Shown here in pieces: positions 10,197 through 20,402 of a DNA stretch of 64,000 nt; position 1 is the stretch's first letter; every line of letters starts with the position of its first letter. This DNA comes from Reclinomonas americana ATCC 50394 (Eukaryota). The DNA is taken from the NCBI GenBank assembly GCA_048213135.1, contig PS015009.1, forward strand, positions 1,612,001 to 1,676,000, written 5' to 3'. Position numbers and translations under genes: made by a program. Under the pieces are notes generated by a model that was not told the origin of the DNA, did no database searches, and worked only from the letters and a program-made list of their open reading frames with translations.

Positions 10197-10787
10197 ATGG
10201 CTGGAGGACAAAAAAAATTCGTTGTAGGTTGTTTTGATGACGAAAAGGTATTATTCCCTGCGGTAAAGAATGTTCGCAAGGCAGGGTATAAAATACATGA
10301 TGTGTATACGCCTTTCCCGGTGCATGGTCTCGATCATGCGATGGGGCTTCGCGAAACAAGTCTGCACACCGCGGGTTTCATTTACGCCATCACCGGTACC
10401 ACCACGGCGCTGACCTTCATCAGCTGGGTGTTTACCAAAGACTGGCCGCTGAACATTGGTGGTAAACCGCACTTTGCGCTGCCCGCCTGGATACCCATCA
10501 CATTTGAGCTCACCGTACTGTTCTCTGCCGTAGGCATGGTACTTACGTTCTGCTACCTGTGTAACCTGGCGCCGTTTGTAAAGAAGCACCACTTTCACCC
10601 GAGGGCTACCGACGACCTGTTTGTAATGGCCATTGAGTGTACCGATAAAACCAACGATGCCGAAGTGCAAAGCTTTCTGCAAAATGCAGGCGCCAGCGAA
10701 GTGAATGTGCAGGTGGCTGAAACCGGCTGGTGGATCGGCAGGTACGATAAAGAACAAAAACTGTACAGGGAAGAAAAAGGATATTAA
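10197..10787 (+). CDS. actD: ACIII subunit ActD (DUF3341)
   Basis: 'YTPFPVHGLD', 'WPLNIGGKP', 'ITFELTVLF'. Confidence 0.92.
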   Translation: MAGGQKKFVVGCFDDEKVLFPAVKNVRKAGYKIHDVYTPFPVHGLDHAMGLRETSLHTAGFIYAITGTTTALTFISWVFTKDWPLNIGGKPHFALPAWIPITFELTVLFSAVGMVLTFCYLCNLAPFVKKHHFHPRATDDLFVMAIECTDKTNDAEVQSFLQNAGASEVNVQVAETGWWIGRYDKEQKLYREEKGY

Positions 10788-10839
10788 TCAAGGGAGCATT
10801 CATTGCAACATTGACCTAACAAAAGAGAGTAAAAGCAAG

Positions 10840-11469
10840 ATGAAAAAAATAACCATATTATCAGCGCTCGTTTTTATTGCGGCTGTTTCTTTTGTGAGCT
10901 GCGACAGTAAGCGTCAGCCCGGTAAAGTATATATGCCCGATATGGCATACAGCAGGGCTTACGAAACGTATGCAAAAAGGGATACCAGCATCTTCACCAT
11001 GGATATTGCCAAAAGGGGTAAGGATATGATCTATTACAACGGATCACCAGTGCCCGGCACCATGAAGAGGGGCGAACTGTTCCCTTATACCCTGCCTAAC
11101 GACAGCGCCGGATTGCTTGCCAGCAACCAGGTGGTGAACCCGCTGCCGCCGCTGACTACACACGACAGCCTGGAAGCCGCCCGCCTGTTCAATATTAACT
11201 GTGCCGTTTGTCATGGTGAAAAAGCGGAAGCCAATGGCCCCATCGCCGCTAAAGTAGGTGGTGTAAAAAGCATCATCGCCGCAGCGCCGGGTTTCAGCGA
11301 CGGAAAGATATTCCACATTATGACTTACGGACAAAACAACATGGGCAGCTATGCTTCCCAGCTCGACAGGAAGCAACGCTGGATGATCGTTCAGTACATC
11401 AGGAGCATTGTACCGAAACCGGAAGGAACCGCAGCGAAAAGTGATTCCGTAACAGTGGCTAAGAAGTAA
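10840..11469 (+). CDS. actE: ACIII subunit ActE, monoheme cytochrome c lipoprotein
   Basis: Lipobox 'FVSC', 'YMPDM', CAVCH, 'MGSYASQL'; ATG at 10840 chosen over the ORF-track start. Confidence 0.9.
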   Translation: MKKITILSALVFIAAVSFVSCDSKRQPGKVYMPDMAYSRAYETYAKRDTSIFTMDIAKRGKDMIYYNGSPVPGTMKRGELFPYTLPNDSAGLLASNQVVNPLPPLTTHDSLEAARLFNINCAVCHGEKAEANGPIAAKVGGVKSIIAAAPGFSDGKIFHIMTYGQNNMGSYASQLDRKQRWMIVQYIRSIVPKPEGTAAKSDSVTVAKK

Positions 11470-11505
11470 TTCAAACAAAAGCATTAACTCAAAATAATAG
11501 ATTAG

Positions 11506-12777
11506 ATGAACACGCATCAATTTCAGTTACCGGGCAGTTATAAAAAATGGACGATGGGCCTGATCATACTCGGTTTGATAGCCGTGGTGTACGGGGCAAT
11601 CGCTTATCATCCTTTTGCGCCTGTGTCACATGGCGAAGGTCATGGCGGACATGGTGATGTAAACAGCACCCGTTTCTGGGCAGTTCTTTTGCAGAACAGC
11701 GTGTTCTGGCTGCTGGTGGTAAATGCCAGCATGTTCTTCATCTGTGTTACTACAATGGCCATGGGCGGATGGCAGGTTGCTCTCCGTCGTGTTCCTGAAG
11801 CGATATCAAGCGTGGTGCCTATCCTGGGAGTTATCAACTTCGCCATCATTATGGCGATCGTTTGGGGCGGAAGAACAGACATCTACCACTGGCTGGACAA
11901 AGACGCTGTAGCCAATGATCATATTCTGAAAGGCAAGAGCGGTTTCCTTAACCCGGTATTCTTTACTGTATGGTCTACCATCACCATTTTCCTGTGGTGG
12001 TTCCTTGGTAAGAAAATGCGCAGCATGAGTTTGAAGAGCGATAACCAGCCGATGAATTATGAAGAAGGTAAAAAATGGATCTGGAAAAATACCGTTTGGG
12101 CTTCTTTGTTCACTGTATTCTTTGGCCTTACTGTAGCGTCTACTATTCCATGGCTGTGGCTGATGAGTATTGACCCGCACTGGTACAGTACCATGTACAG
12201 CTGGTATACTTTCGCGAGCACATTCGTATCCGGCATGTCGCTGATCGCTTTGTTCGTGATCTACCTGAAGAACCGCGGACAACTGGAATATGTAACTGAC
12301 GAACACTTACACGACGTGGGTAAATTCATGTTCGCCTTTTCGGTGTTCTGGACTTACCTGTGGTTCTCACAATACATGCTGATCTGGTACAGTAACCAGC
12401 CTGAAGAAACTAAGTATTTTGTGGAAAGGATCGGAACCGCTACAAAAGCAGGTCCGTATAAAGGCATCTTCTTCCTGAACCTGATCCTCAATTTCGTTGC
12501 ACCGCTGCTGATCCTGATGAAGAAAGGCACCAAGCGCAACTGGACATTGATGACGTTCATGGCGGTACTGATCATCTTCGGTCACTGGATCGATTTCTAC
12601 CAGATGGTAATGCCGGGCACATTGCATGAAAATGCTCACATGGCGCCATTCGAATTCGGTGTTCCCTGCCTGTTCATAGGTCTGATCATGTGGGGTGCAG
12701 GAAAGTACCTGTCCTGTCACTCGCTGCTGGCCAAGAACCATCCTTTCCTGAAAGAAAGTATGATCCACCATACCTAG
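11506..12777 (+). CDS. actF: ACIII subunit ActF
   Basis: 'MSIDPHWYST', 'HLHDVGKFMFAFSVFWTYLWFSQYMLIWY'. Confidence 0.92.
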   Translation: MNTHQFQLPGSYKKWTMGLIILGLIAVVYGAIAYHPFAPVSHGEGHGGHGDVNSTRFWAVLLQNSVFWLLVVNASMFFICVTTMAMGGWQVALRRVPEAISSVVPILGVINFAIIMAIVWGGRTDIYHWLDKDAVANDHILKGKSGFLNPVFFTVWSTITIFLWWFLGKKMRSMSLKSDNQPMNYEEGKKWIWKNTVWASLFTVFFGLTVASTIPWLWLMSIDPHWYSTMYSWYTFASTFVSGMSLIALFVIYLKNRGQLEYVTDEHLHDVGKFMFAFSVFWTYLWFSQYMLIWYSNQPEETKYFVERIGTATKAGPYKGIFFLNLILNFVAPLLILMKKGTKRNWTLMTFMAVLIIFGHWIDFYQMVMPGTLHENAHMAPFEFGVPCLFIGLIMWGAGKYLSCHSLLAKNHPFLKESMIHHT

Positions 12778-12860
12778 GTTGTTGACCCGGGATGGCATAA
12801 AAGTGTAAAAACATTATAACAAGAGACAAGAATAATATTTACTGAAAATAACTTTGAATC

Positions 12861-13931
12861 ATGAAGGAGTTTTTAATGATAGCTTTAGCTGTACTGGCCT
12901 TTCTCGTTGTCTTCCAGATCGCGAAGGCGAGTGAGTATGTAAGCGTATTAAAAGGTGAAGAAAAAACCCGTAAACAGAACAACAAGATCAATGCCTTTCT
13001 GTTGCTGGGCTTTCTCATTTTCGGATTGATCGGAGCCTGGTACTGCAATGAGCTGTATTATGGAAAAACGCTGTTCCCGCAGGGATCGGCTTCTGTGGAA
13101 GGTGAAGAAGTGGATAAGATGATGTTCATCACCATCGCGGTGACAGGATTGGTGTTCGTTATTACTCAGATTTTACTGTTCTGGTTCTCTTTCAAATACC
13201 AGGAAAGCGATAACCGCAAAGCGTACTATTTCCCTCATAACAATAAACTGGAGTTGCTGTGGACAACCGTTCCGGCCATCTTCCTTACTGTACTTGTTGT
13301 ATTTGGTCTGCGTTACTGGTTTAAGATCACCGGAGATGCGCCTAAAGAATCTATTGTAGTGGAAGTTACCGGTCACCAGTTTGCCTGGGAATTCAGGTAC
13401 CCTGGTGCTGACGGCGTACTCGGTAAAAAGAATTTCAAACTGACCACATCCAAGAACAGCCTCGGTGTTGATTTCGACGACCCGGCCAGTCTTGATGATA
13501 TCCACGTTCCCACCACCATGCACATTCCTGTAGGAAGGCCGGTGAAAATGGTGATCCATTCACAGGATGTTATTCATGACGTGGGGCTGTCTCATTTCAG
13601 GATGAAGATGGACGCGGTTCCCGGTATCCCCACCACGCAATGGTTTACACCTAAGTACACCACTGCCGAAATGAAGAAAAGGACCGGCAACCCCAACTTC
13701 ACCTACGAGATCAGTTGTGACCAGATGTGCGGACCCAACCACTTCGCCATGAGGGGTGTGATCATTGTGGAAACGGAAGAAGAATACAAAAAATGGTTAT
13801 CTGAACAAAAGCCCGAAGTATGGACCGTTCGTCCGGAAACGGCACCCAAAGTAACTGACACCGTAAAAGCCGGCGCAGCAACTGATACCGCAAAGAAAAT
13901 AGCCGCCGTTATCCCGGCAGCACATAAATAA
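12861..13931 (+). CDS. coxB: Cytochrome c oxidase subunit II
   Basis: CuA ligands 'DVIH' and 'CDQMCGPNHFAM'. Confidence 0.95.
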   Translation: MKEFLMIALAVLAFLVVFQIAKASEYVSVLKGEEKTRKQNNKINAFLLLGFLIFGLIGAWYCNELYYGKTLFPQGSASVEGEEVDKMMFITIAVTGLVFVITQILLFWFSFKYQESDNRKAYYFPHNNKLELLWTTVPAIFLTVLVVFGLRYWFKITGDAPKESIVVEVTGHQFAWEFRYPGADGVLGKKNFKLTTSKNSLGVDFDDPASLDDIHVPTTMHIPVGRPVKMVIHSQDVIHDVGLSHFRMKMDAVPGIPTTQWFTPKYTTAEMKKRTGNPNFTYEISCDQMCGPNHFAMRGVIIVETEEEYKKWLSEQKPEVWTVRPETAPKVTDTVKAGAATDTAKKIAAVIPAAHK

Positions 13932-13960
13932 TTAATGGTTTTTGAATAAAAAGTAAGTAT

Positions 13961-15763
13961 ATGAGCGTAGCCACATTGCATGGAGCAGCAGATGTTCACG
14001 GACACGATTCTCACCACGAGCATCACCACCATCATGAAACGTTTATCAGCAAATACGTTTTCAGCCAGGATCATAAGATGATCGCCAAACAGTTCCTGGT
14101 GACGGGTATGATCTGGGCCATCATCGGCGGCCTGTTCTCCGTGATCTTCCGTTTGCAGCTGGGCTATCCCGAAACCACGTTCCCCTGGCTGGAAGACCTG
14201 CTGGGTCACTGGGCCGCGGGTGGTAAGCTCAAGAACGAATTCTATTACGCACTGGTAACCATGCACGGTACCATCCTGGTATTCTTTGTACTGACAGCGG
14301 GTCTCAGCGGTACTTTCGCCAACTTCCTTATTCCACTGCAGGTGGGTGCAAGGGATATGGCTTCGCCCATGCTGAACATGCTCAGCTACTGGTTCTTCTT
14401 CCTGGCTTCCGTGATCATGTTCTCTTCCCTGTTCGTACAAACCGGCCCTGCAAGCGGCGGCTGGACGATCTACCCGCCACTGAGTGCGCTGGGCGACGCG
14501 TCGAGCGGAAGTAAGATAGGCATGGATCTGTGGCTCGTCAGTATGGCCATGTTCATTGTGAGCTCCCTGCTGGGCGGTCTTAACTATATCACTACTATCC
14601 TGAACATGCGTACCAAGGGTATGAGCATGACCAGGCTGCCACTCACCATATGGGCGCTGTTCTTCACCGCCGTACTGGGTGTACTGTCTTTCCCTGTGCT
14701 GCTGTCCGGCGCTATCCTGCTGCTGTTTGACCGTAACCTGGGTACCAGCTTCTTCCTGAGCGATATCGTAATTGCCGGTAAAATATTACCTAACGAAGGT
14801 GGTAGTGCCATCCTGTTCCAGCACTTGTTCTGGTTCCTTGGTCACCCCGAAGTATATATCATCCTGTTGCCCGCCATGGGTATGTCGTCGGAGATCCTGG
14901 CCACCAACAGCCGCAAACCAATCTTTGGTTATATGGCGATGGTGGGTTCCATGTTCGCCATCGCGATACTGGCCTTCCTGGTATGGGCGCACCATATGTT
15001 TGTGACCGGTCTTAACCCGTTCCTGGGTGCGGTATTCGTACTGCTTACCCTGCTCATCGCGGTACCATCGGCCATTAAAGTATTTAACTGGCTGACCACC
15101 CTGTGGCGGGGCAATATCCGGTTTACCCCGGCTATGCTGTTCGCTATCGGTTTCGTGAGCCTGTTCATCAGCGGCGGTCTTACCGGTATCTTCCTGGGTA
15201 ACTCCGCGCTTGATCTTCACCTGCATGATACCTATTTCGTGATCGCTCACTTCCATATTGTAATGGGTGTGGCGTCCTTCTTCGGTATGTTTGCCGGTGT
15301 ATACCACTGGTTCCCCAAAATGTTTGGCCGCTATCTCAACAATACCATGGCCTTCATTCACTTCTGGGTAACCATCGTAGGCGCTTACCTCATCTTCTGG
15401 CCTATGCACTACGAAGGCCTGGCAGGTATGCCCCGCCGTTACTATGATTATTCCAGTTGGGAATCGTTCAAACAATTCGGTGGGCTCAATGAGTTCATCA
15501 GCTTTGTGGCGCTGGTTGTTTTCGCGGTACAGCTGTTATTCGTATTTAACTTCTTCTACAGCATGTTCAAAGGCAGGAAAGTGACCACGCAAAATCCATG
15601 GGGTTCCAATACACTGGAGTGGACCACGCCTATCAATCCTGGTCACGGTAACTGGCCCGGCGAAATACCTGAAGTACACCGCGGCGCTTATGATTATGCC
15701 AAAGACGGGCATGAATACATTCCGCAGAATGTACCGGTAGGAGAAAATGAATCGCATCACTAG
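13961..15763 (+). CDS. coxA: Cytochrome c oxidase subunit I (type A)
   Basis: 'WFLGHPEVY', 'WAHHM', 'AHFH'. Confidence 0.97.
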   Translation: MSVATLHGAADVHGHDSHHEHHHHHETFISKYVFSQDHKMIAKQFLVTGMIWAIIGGLFSVIFRLQLGYPETTFPWLEDLLGHWAAGGKLKNEFYYALVTMHGTILVFFVLTAGLSGTFANFLIPLQVGARDMASPMLNMLSYWFFFLASVIMFSSLFVQTGPASGGWTIYPPLSALGDASSGSKIGMDLWLVSMAMFIVSSLLGGLNYITTILNMRTKGMSMTRLPLTIWALFFTAVLGVLSFPVLLSGAILLLFDRNLGTSFFLSDIVIAGKILPNEGGSAILFQHLFWFLGHPEVYIILLPAMGMSSEILATNSRKPIFGYMAMVGSMFAIAILAFLVWAHHMFVTGLNPFLGAVFVLLTLLIAVPSAIKVFNWLTTLWRGNIRFTPAMLFAIGFVSLFISGGLTGIFLGNSALDLHLHDTYFVIAHFHIVMGVASFFGMFAGVYHWFPKMFGRYLNNTMAFIHFWVTIVGAYLIFWPMHYEGLAGMPRRYYDYSSWESFKQFGGLNEFISFVALVVFAVQLLFVFNFFYSMFKGRKVTTQNPWGSNTLEWTTPINPGHGNWPGEIPEVHRGAYDYAKDGHEYIPQNVPVGENESHH

Positions 15764-15853
15764 AATTAACGGTGACGCAAGAAAAGAGGACAACTGAGTT
15801 TGACAATAAAACAATAAGCCCGGAAAGACCACAGGGTACTATGGGCGAAGGGA

Positions 15854-16768
15854 ATGCAGGATAAACCAACCATAAATGACCCGGCTGCTGCTAAAGGGGC
15901 GGGTAAGCTGAAAGATTATTTTCAGCTCATCAAGTTCACCTTGAGTTTTATGGTGGTGTTCAGTACGGTGATCGCTTACCTGCTGGCACCGAATATCCGG
16001 TTCGACATTGGACAAGTTCTTTTATTATTTGCCGGTGGTATGCTGATCACAGGTGCTGCCAACGCGATCAACCAGATACTGGAGAAAGACACCGACGCCA
16101 TGATGAAACGCACGGCCACCCGGCCTGTCGCCAGTGGAAGGATGAGCGTGAACGAAGCCTGGACATTTACAGGGATAGCCATCGCGCTGGGTACCTACAT
16201 CATGTACACCTTCAGCATGGAAGCCGCACTGGTAAGTCTGCTGAGTTTATTCCTTTACGGGTTTGTATATACCCCGCTGAAGAAAGTGAACTCAATAGCT
16301 GTACTGGTTGGCGCTGTTCCGGGAGCCCTGCCCTGCCTTATCGGCTGGCTGGCGAGTTTCGCGGAAGGCGTGCCCCACGACTTGACCGGCGGATGGATAT
16401 TGTTCGGGATACAGTTCCTGTGGCAGTTCCCGCATTTCTGGGCCATAGCCTGGGTAGCGCACAAGGATTACAGCGCGGCGGGATTTAAACTGTTACCCAG
16501 TGATAAAGGCCCGACAAAATTCACGGCACTGCAAACCATTATGTACAGCGCCCTGATGATCCCTTTTGGCGTACTGCCTTATGTATACCATATCAGCGGC
16601 GTCATCAGTATGTGGATCGTACTGGCCTGTAATGTGTGGATGGTGTATGTGAGTGTAATGCTCTACCTTAAAATGGATGTGGGCAGCGCAAGAAAAGTAA
16701 TGTTCAGTTCTTATTTCTACCTGATGATCGTTTTTCTCAGCCTGTACGCTGATAAATTCAGGGGATAA
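15854..16768 (+). CDS. cyoE: Protoheme IX farnesyltransferase (heme o synthase)
   Basis: 'DAMMKRTATRP', 'YTPLK', 'WQFPHFWA'. Confidence 0.95.
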   Translation: MQDKPTINDPAAAKGAGKLKDYFQLIKFTLSFMVVFSTVIAYLLAPNIRFDIGQVLLLFAGGMLITGAANAINQILEKDTDAMMKRTATRPVASGRMSVNEAWTFTGIAIALGTYIMYTFSMEAALVSLLSLFLYGFVYTPLKKVNSIAVLVGAVPGALPCLIGWLASFAEGVPHDLTGGWILFGIQFLWQFPHFWAIAWVAHKDYSAAGFKLLPSDKGPTKFTALQTIMYSALMIPFGVLPYVYHISGVISMWIVLACNVWMVYVSVMLYLKMDVGSARKVMFSSYFYLMIVFLSLYADKFRG

Positions 16769-16819
16769 GAACTATTAATAAAAGAGATCTGTAAAACAAA
16801 ATACCCCGCAGGGGACGGC

Positions 16820-17386
16820 ATGAACGCAGTGGCGATGGAACAAAGAAAAAGAATACACCCGCATAAGTTTACCCTTTGGGTAGGCATCGGCAGTATCCTG
16901 ATGATGTTTGCCGGGTTGACCAGCGCCTATATCGTAAAGCGTAACCAGGCCAATTGGGAAGCTTATGCTTTCCCCAAGTTCTTTTGGTACAGTACAGTTG
17001 TGATCTTGCTGAGCAGCCTGACCATGCACCTGGCCCTTAAAGCGTTCAAATCAAGGGAAAGGGTGAAATACAGGAACCTCATCAGCGCTACGCTGGGACT
17101 CGGATTGCTGTTCATGCTTTTCCAGTACTTCGCCTTCTCAGAATTATGGGAGCAGGGCAGGGCGCTGGGAAAGACGGTATCGGTTGATTTTCTGTACGTG
17201 ATCGTAGGCTTGCACGGGGCGCATGTGATCGGCGGTATTGTTGCACTGGTGGTGACTTTTATAAAAGCCTTCAGTGCCAAAAGTAAACAATACGACAGTA
17301 CGCCGGTGGAACTGATGAGTACGTACTGGCATTTTGTAGACGCACTTTGGATCTATCTCCTGGTCTTTTTACTGATGATCAGGTAG
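16820..17386 (+). CDS. Cytochrome c oxidase subunit III-family protein
   Basis: 'GLHGAHV', 'YWHFVD'. Confidence 0.9.
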   Translation: MNAVAMEQRKRIHPHKFTLWVGIGSILMMFAGLTSAYIVKRNQANWEAYAFPKFFWYSTVVILLSSLTMHLALKAFKSRERVKYRNLISATLGLGLLFMLFQYFAFSELWEQGRALGKTVSVDFLYVIVGLHGAHVIGGIVALVVTFIKAFSAKSKQYDSTPVELMSTYWHFVDALWIYLLVFLLMIR

Positions 17387-17438
17387 AACCGGGATTTAAT
17401 ATGTAAGATTTTATATTTAATATTTAGTTTTAAGACTT

Positions 17439-18314
17439 ATGTCAACAACAGCGATACCAACGAATACCAAATGGTGGAACGGCGGAAGAAGCCCTTTCAA
17501 CTCCAGCTATGGTAAAGTGATGATGTGGTACTTCCTGATGAGTGATGCGTTCACTTTCGGGGCGTTCCTGATCAGTTATGGCACGATCCGTTTCAGTGTG
17601 AATCACTGGGCCGATCCCAACCATGTGTTCAACTCCTTCCCGTTTGCAGGGCACGCTAACCTGCCGCTGGCATTCGTGAGTCTGATGACCTTCATCCTCA
17701 TCTTCAGTTCCGTGACCATGGTACTGGCCGTGCACGAAGGACACAAGATGAACCGCAAGGGTGTAGAGAAGTACATGATCCTGACCATCATCGGTGGTCT
17801 CGCGTTCCTGGCCTGCCAGGCATGGGAATGGACGCACTTACTCACCGGCGAACACGTAACTATCCTGGGCGACGGTACACTGAATGCTATCCCTACTACA
17901 GTTAAAGCCAATCCATGGGGTGTTGCCGCTTCACATGAAGAAGTAGTGGCTGCTCTGCAAAAAACACCGCATGATCAGCTGGTGAATATTGTGAACTCAC
18001 TTTCTCACGGAGGTGGTCATCACAATACGGCGACTATGTCTAATGCAGAACTCATCAGCACCATCAGCGCTGCCGACGTACATGTAAGCCATACCGGTCC
18101 AATCGCCTTTGGTGGTTACTTCTTTGGTATCACCGGTTTCCACGGTTTCCACGTATTCAGTGGTGTGGTGATCAACGCGGTAATGCTGGCAAAAACCAAA
18201 CTGGGCCATTTTGACCAGCGCGGACATTATGAAATGATTGAAAAAGCTGGTCTGTACTGGCACTTTGTAGACCTGGTATGGGTATTCGTATTCCTTTGCT
18301 TCTACCTGGTTTAA
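17439..18314 (+). CDS. Cytochrome c oxidase subunit III-family protein (second copy)
   Basis: 'TGFHGFHV', 'GLYWHFVDLVW'. Confidence 0.9.
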   Translation: MSTTAIPTNTKWWNGGRSPFNSSYGKVMMWYFLMSDAFTFGAFLISYGTIRFSVNHWADPNHVFNSFPFAGHANLPLAFVSLMTFILIFSSVTMVLAVHEGHKMNRKGVEKYMILTIIGGLAFLACQAWEWTHLLTGEHVTILGDGTLNAIPTTVKANPWGVAASHEEVVAALQKTPHDQLVNIVNSLSHGGGHHNTATMSNAELISTISAADVHVSHTGPIAFGGYFFGITGFHGFHVFSGVVINAVMLAKTKLGHFDQRGHYEMIEKAGLYWHFVDLVWVFVFLCFYLV

Positions 18315-18356
18315 TAATTGTAATCAATAACTATCATCAACTAATTATATAGTATC

Positions 18357-18785
18357 ATGAGCGAACATGTAACATCACCAGAAGTAACTTACGCACCGGA
18401 ACACGCATCAGGTACGGGAAGGATATGGAAGACATTCTGGGTATTGTCTTTACTCACCATCATTGAACTGGGACTGGGCTACTTCCTGTATGCCAAACAC
18501 GGTCACCTGGGCGATGGTATGGTACTGGCTACCAAAAGTCTCATCGGCATCCTTACACTGGCCAAAGCTTATTATATCGTTTCCATCTTCATGCACCTGG
18601 GTGATGAGATCAGGAACTTCATTATGACGATCATCGTTCCGCTTTGCCTGTTCATCTGGTTCATTGCTGCCTTCCTCTGGGATGGTAACAGCTGGAAAAA
18701 CCTGAGGAATACCAATGCCGGCAGCAAGGCGCATACCGAGCAGGTAGCTCCTCCTCACGCGGTGGATAAGAATGCACCTAAATAG
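18357..18785 (+). CDS. Cytochrome c oxidase subunit IV family protein
   Basis: 'KAYYIVSIFMHL', three TM helices, position in the operon. Confidence 0.85.
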   Translation: MSEHVTSPEVTYAPEHASGTGRIWKTFWVLSLLTIIELGLGYFLYAKHGHLGDGMVLATKSLIGILTLAKAYYIVSIFMHLGDEIRNFIMTIIVPLCLFIWFIAAFLWDGNSWKNLRNTNAGSKAHTEQVAPPHAVDKNAPK

Positions 18786-18808
18786 GATTAAACTTTTTCT
18801 ATATAAAC

Positions 18809-18835
18809 AACCACCTGTAACCGGGTGGTTTTTTT
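18809..18835 (+). terminator. Intrinsic terminator of the act/cox operon
   Basis: AACCACCTG-TAAC-CGGGTGGTT followed by a T run. Confidence 0.75.
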
Positions 18836-18970
18836 ATGTCATTCCGAACGCAGTGAGGCATCTTTTTACGTTTCGGTCCTCATTTGCGAAGACACAGAAA
18901 GAAGCGGTAAATGCCGCCATTTTACAAGCAGGAATAACTAACTTTGCGGAGCAAATCAACATCAACGCGA

Positions 18971-19753
18971 ATGGGTAAAAAAGCAATATGGGCGCTGCTC
19001 CTGGCGATCCTCCTTCCGGCCGCGGGTTACCTGCTGGTAAAATATTACAGCAAAGACGCCGTTCACATGCCACGCCGTTATTTTGCTCCCGACAGCGTGG
19101 TGGTAACAGTGAAGAACGGCAAAGCAACCACCGATACCATCTGGCATAAAGTAAGGAACATTCAGTTCACCAACCAGTTGGGGCAGCATGTTAGTCTTGA
19201 TGACCTGAAAGGAAAGATCATCGTGATCGATTTCTTCTTTACCCGTTGCCCCAGCATTTGCCCTGGACTGGCCCGCAATATGAAAAAGCTGCAGGACGCG
19301 TTTGTAAAAAATCCGGATATTGTACAGTTCATTTCCATCAGCGTTGATCCTGAACACGACAGTGTACCGCAGCTGCGGAAATTTGCCGATAAGTTCAACA
19401 TCAACCACGACAGCTGGTGGATGGTGACCGGCGACAAAAAAGATATTTATGATTTCGCTTTGAACGAACTGAAGGCCAGCATCGCGGATTCCAATGTGGA
19501 TACGGCTTTCATTCATACGGAGAATTTCTTCCTGCTCGACAGCAGCCGCGTTATCCGTGGCTGGTACAATGGTTTTGATACCACCAAACAATCGGAACTG
19601 GCAAGGGCTATACCATTGCTGATGCTGGAGAAAGATAAAAAAGCGCCTTCCGTGTTCCGCGAATTCATTCCCATACTGCCGGTGATCTTTATCGCGATTG
19701 GCATCGTGATCGTGGGTACGATACTCATTGGCAGAAAAAATAAACAACGATAA
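18971..19753 (+). CDS. SCO family copper chaperone
   Basis: 'FFFTRCPSICP', 'SISVDPEHD', 'FIHT'; TAACTTTG promoter at 18939. Confidence 0.92.
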   Translation: MGKKAIWALLLAILLPAAGYLLVKYYSKDAVHMPRRYFAPDSVVVTVKNGKATTDTIWHKVRNIQFTNQLGQHVSLDDLKGKIIVIDFFFTRCPSICPGLARNMKKLQDAFVKNPDIVQFISISVDPEHDSVPQLRKFADKFNINHDSWWMVTGDKKDIYDFALNELKASIADSNVDTAFIHTENFFLLDSSRVIRGWYNGFDTTKQSELARAIPLLMLEKDKKAPSVFREFIPILPVIFIAIGIVIVGTILIGRKNKQR

Positions 19754-19763
19754 AACCACCAGC

Positions 19764-20354
19764 ATGCTTAACCCTTCACTGGCCAAAAATGACCGGAAAG
19801 CCAAATGGCTCATAGGTATATTCTCCGTTATTGTATTTGCCGCAGTAACCATTTTAGGAAAATACAACCTGGCAGGCAAGGTCAGTTTCCCTTTTGATGT
19901 ACATATTTTCGCCCTCACCAATGCCCTCATCAATGCCTGTGTATCTCTGCTGCTAATTGCCGGGTTACTTACTGTAAAACGCGGACAGTTTACAGTTCAC
20001 AGGAATATTATGCTGGCAGCTATGCTGCTGTCGGTATTATTCCTCTTGTCTTATATCTGCCATCATTTGTTTGCCGGTGAAACCGCTTTTGGTGAAACAG
20101 ACGGCATCAAAGGCCTGAGTGACGCGGAAAAAGCCGCTGCCGGCAGCACCCGTACCATTTACCTGGCCATATTGCTCACGCATATTCCTTTGGCCGGACT
20201 GGCATTGCCTTTTATTTTGTTTGCTGCTTACCGGGCACTTACCGGCGAATATGAAAAGCATAAGAAACTGGTGCGCATTGTGTGGCCGGTATGGTTTTAT
20301 GTGGCGGTAACCGGCGTTATCGTGTACCTGATGATCAGTCCGTATTATAAGTAG
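19764..20354 (+). CDS. DUF420 membrane protein
   Basis: 'HRNIM', 'ILLTHI', 'WFYVAVTGVIVYLM'; next to the cox/SCO genes. Confidence 0.85.
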   Translation: MLNPSLAKNDRKAKWLIGIFSVIVFAAVTILGKYNLAGKVSFPFDVHIFALTNALINACVSLLLIAGLLTVKRGQFTVHRNIMLAAMLLSVLFLLSYICHHLFAGETAFGETDGIKGLSDAEKAAAGSTRTIYLAILLTHIPLAGLALPFILFAAYRALTGEYEKHKKLVRIVWPVWFYVAVTGVIVYLMISPYYK

Positions 20355-20402
20355 TATCTTCCGTTTATTATCATTTTCCGTAAGGAACAAAACTAACCGG
20401 TC

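Noticed and set aside
4241-19933. Long antisense ORFs (e.g. 5799-6761, 7218-8192, 18962-19933)
   Set aside because: They are shadow frames opposite well-supported act/cox/SCO genes, as expected from codon bias.
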